Origin: Hallerella sp.
GTDB lineage: Bacteria; Bacillota_I; Bacilli_A; RFN20; CAG-826
Direction: 5' to 3'
Assembly: GCA_963648925.1 (NCBI GenBank)
Contig: CAVJFO010000015.1
Location: 117,426 to 181,425, forward strand
Length of the DNA: 64,000 bases
Under the pieces are notes generated by a model, which worked only from the letters and a program-made list of their open reading frames with translations, did not search any database and had not been told where the DNA came from. Shown here one piece after another: positions 62,532 through 64,000 of the stretch (position 1 is the stretch's first letter; every line of letters starts with the position of its first letter). A program made the position numbers and the translations under genes.

Positions 62532-64000
62532 ATGAAATTAAAAAAGAAATTAATTGGATGCTTATTATCAGGACTCTTCCTTTCGAGTCTTGTTTCCTGC
62601 CAAAATAACGTTAATTCATCAAATAACGATGCTTCCTCAAACGCGGATACTCAATCTTCCATAAACGAAGATACTTCATCCGAAGAAAAAAAATGGGTTG
62701 ATTATACCGCCACAACAAAACTCACCCATGAATATTCTGGAAAGAATTTCTTAAGCGATGGCATAGGAGAGGTCACTCTTGTTACAAAAGTTGATGGAGA
62801 TACCGCTCACTTCAAACAAAAAAGTGGTGCTACAGGTACAATCAAAGGCAGATACAATTGCATTGATACACCTGAATCCACTGGTATGATCGAACCTTGG
62901 GGACATGGTGCTTCCGAATACAATGGCAAACTTTTAACTGAAGCTAAGCACATCGTTTTATCAACTGATAGCACCGATTCCACGACTGGACCTGCACTTG
63001 ATTCAACGGGTGGAAGATATCTTGTTTATGTTTGGGTTGCAAATGTTGAAAACCCAACATTAGATGATTTCATCAATGTAAACTTAGCCATTTGCCAACA
63101 AGGCTATTCCAAGGCAAAAGGCGTTTCTGGCAAAGAATATGCTGATTCATTCGTCAATGCTGACACTCAAGCAAAAGAGTTCAAATTACACCTTTGGAGT
63201 GATGAATTAGATCCAGATTATAACTATGACGATCCTGTGAAAATCGATTTAAGAATGATTGTCGAAGGATATGATAGCGAAGGAGAGAAATATAACTGGG
63301 TTGGATCCAAGGTTACATTTAACGCTTATGTTGCAGCCTGTGGCCCAGATACTGGCGCTGCCTACGTTTGCGATGATATCACCTGGACTGATGAAAGTGG
63401 CGAGCACACGCAAAGATATGGTATGTATATCTTTACTCAATATATCGTCTATGCTCCATTACAAACAATTGGTAACTACCTTGAAATATCCGGTATCGTT
63501 TCTGAATACAATGGCACATTACAAGTAGTAGACGTTTCTTATTCAGCCTACTATCCAGATGATTATGATATAAAGATCCTCTCTACTGGACACACGGATA
63601 AAGTTGAACCTGCAACTGGCTCAGCTGGAACATTCGCTAATGATAAATATGTCAACACGATGGTCACAGTCGATTTAGTCTGCACTGGTGGTTATGCAAC
63701 CATTAATACGGCCACCACGACTGCCTATTCCTTTACTTTATATTGCCACGATAAAAATAATCCAAGCGAATCACTCAATATCCGTATTGCTGATTCAATC
63801 AATATCAAATATCCAGATACCGTTGTTCGTATTCAAGATTGCATCGGTTTCTGGACAGGCGAGAAGTCCATCGCCGAAGCGGTAAACAATGGCAAAAACA
63901 CTGATTCTAGAAAACTAGAATATATCACTATCACTGGAGCTGTCGTAAAATATATTACGACAACTGGTAAAACAACTTACCAGGTCAATCTCACCAAGAA
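62532..64000 (+). CDS. Membrane nuclease lipoprotein: staphylococcal-nuclease (SNase/thermonuclease) domain plus C-terminal OB-fold-like domains (3' partial; runs off the window)
   Basis: Manual translation. Lipobox LVSC. SNase motif KVDGDTAHF...GRYNCIDTPE...LHLWSD. Frame is open to the window end. Lies 13 nt after binding-protein copy 2. Confidence 0.75.
   Translation, partial: MKLKKKLIGCLLSGLFLSSLVSCQNNVNSSNNDASSNADTQSSINEDTSSEEKKWVDYTATTKLTHEYSGKNFLSDGIGEVTLVTKVDGDTAHFKQKSGATGTIKGRYNCIDTPESTGMIEPWGHGASEYNGKLLTEAKHIVLSTDSTDSTTGPALDSTGGRYLVYVWVANVENPTLDDFINVNLAICQQGYSKAKGVSGKEYADSFVNADTQAKEFKLHLWSDELDPDYNYDDPVKIDLRMIVEGYDSEGEKYNWVGSKVTFNAYVAACGPDTGAAYVCDDITWTDESGEHTQRYGMYIFTQYIVYAPLQTIGNYLEISGIVSEYNGTLQVVDVSYSAYYPDDYDIKILSTGHTDKVEPATGSAGTFANDKYVNTMVTVDLVCTGGYATINTATTTAYSFTLYCHDKNNPSESLNIRIADSINIKYPDTVVRIQDCIGFWTGEKSIAEAVNNGKNTDSRKLEYITITGAVVKYITTTGKTTYQVNLTK

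Overview
This window comes from a low-GC, lipoprotein-rich Firmicutes or Mollicutes-related genome that uses the standard genetic code (TGA is a stop; Trp is TGG). Its core matches the Bacillus-type ribosomal and transcription supercluster. The leftmost region is a 5'-truncated L-serine dehydratase alpha gene (sdaAA), then a queuosine salvage operon (queT-tgt-queA-queH) that appears to sit behind a preQ1-I riboswitch. An uninterrupted S10-spc-alpha ribosomal cluster follows, running rpsJ through rplQ and including secY, adk, map, infA and rpmJ. Next come cysS, an MgtC-like gene, rlmB, a SigH-like sigma factor, rpmG-secE-nusG, rplK-rplA-rplJ-rplL, a YbxB-like methyltransferase, rpoB-rpoC, rpsL-rpsG-fusA-tuf. 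Two cassettes interrupt this conserved backbone. One is a cysteine-free ArsR/SmtB regulator with an alpha5-type metal site plus a P1B ATPase that lacks a metal-binding domain, sitting between nusG and rplK. The other is an antisense processive family-2 glycosyltransferase between rpoC and rpsL. Downstream of tuf lies roughly 17 kb of accessory DNA. It begins with a candidate membrane-active toxin-like protein (a PPC-like beta-sandwich followed by a Gly/Ala-rich hydrophobic hairpin) and two tandem, recently duplicated lipoproteins that look like immunity genes. Then come three paralogous RDD-family membrane proteins with large ectodomains and a lipoprotein with multiple OB-fold and Big_2 domains. 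The region ends with a CUT1-type ABC transporter (two solute-binding lipoproteins) whose operon finishes with a staphylococcal-nuclease-domain lipoprotein. Several ribosomal proteins carry lineage-specific extensions; L22 and L5 share the same '[11 protein letters not shown]' N-terminal motif. I found no tRNA or rRNA genes, no CRISPR arrays and no transposases.
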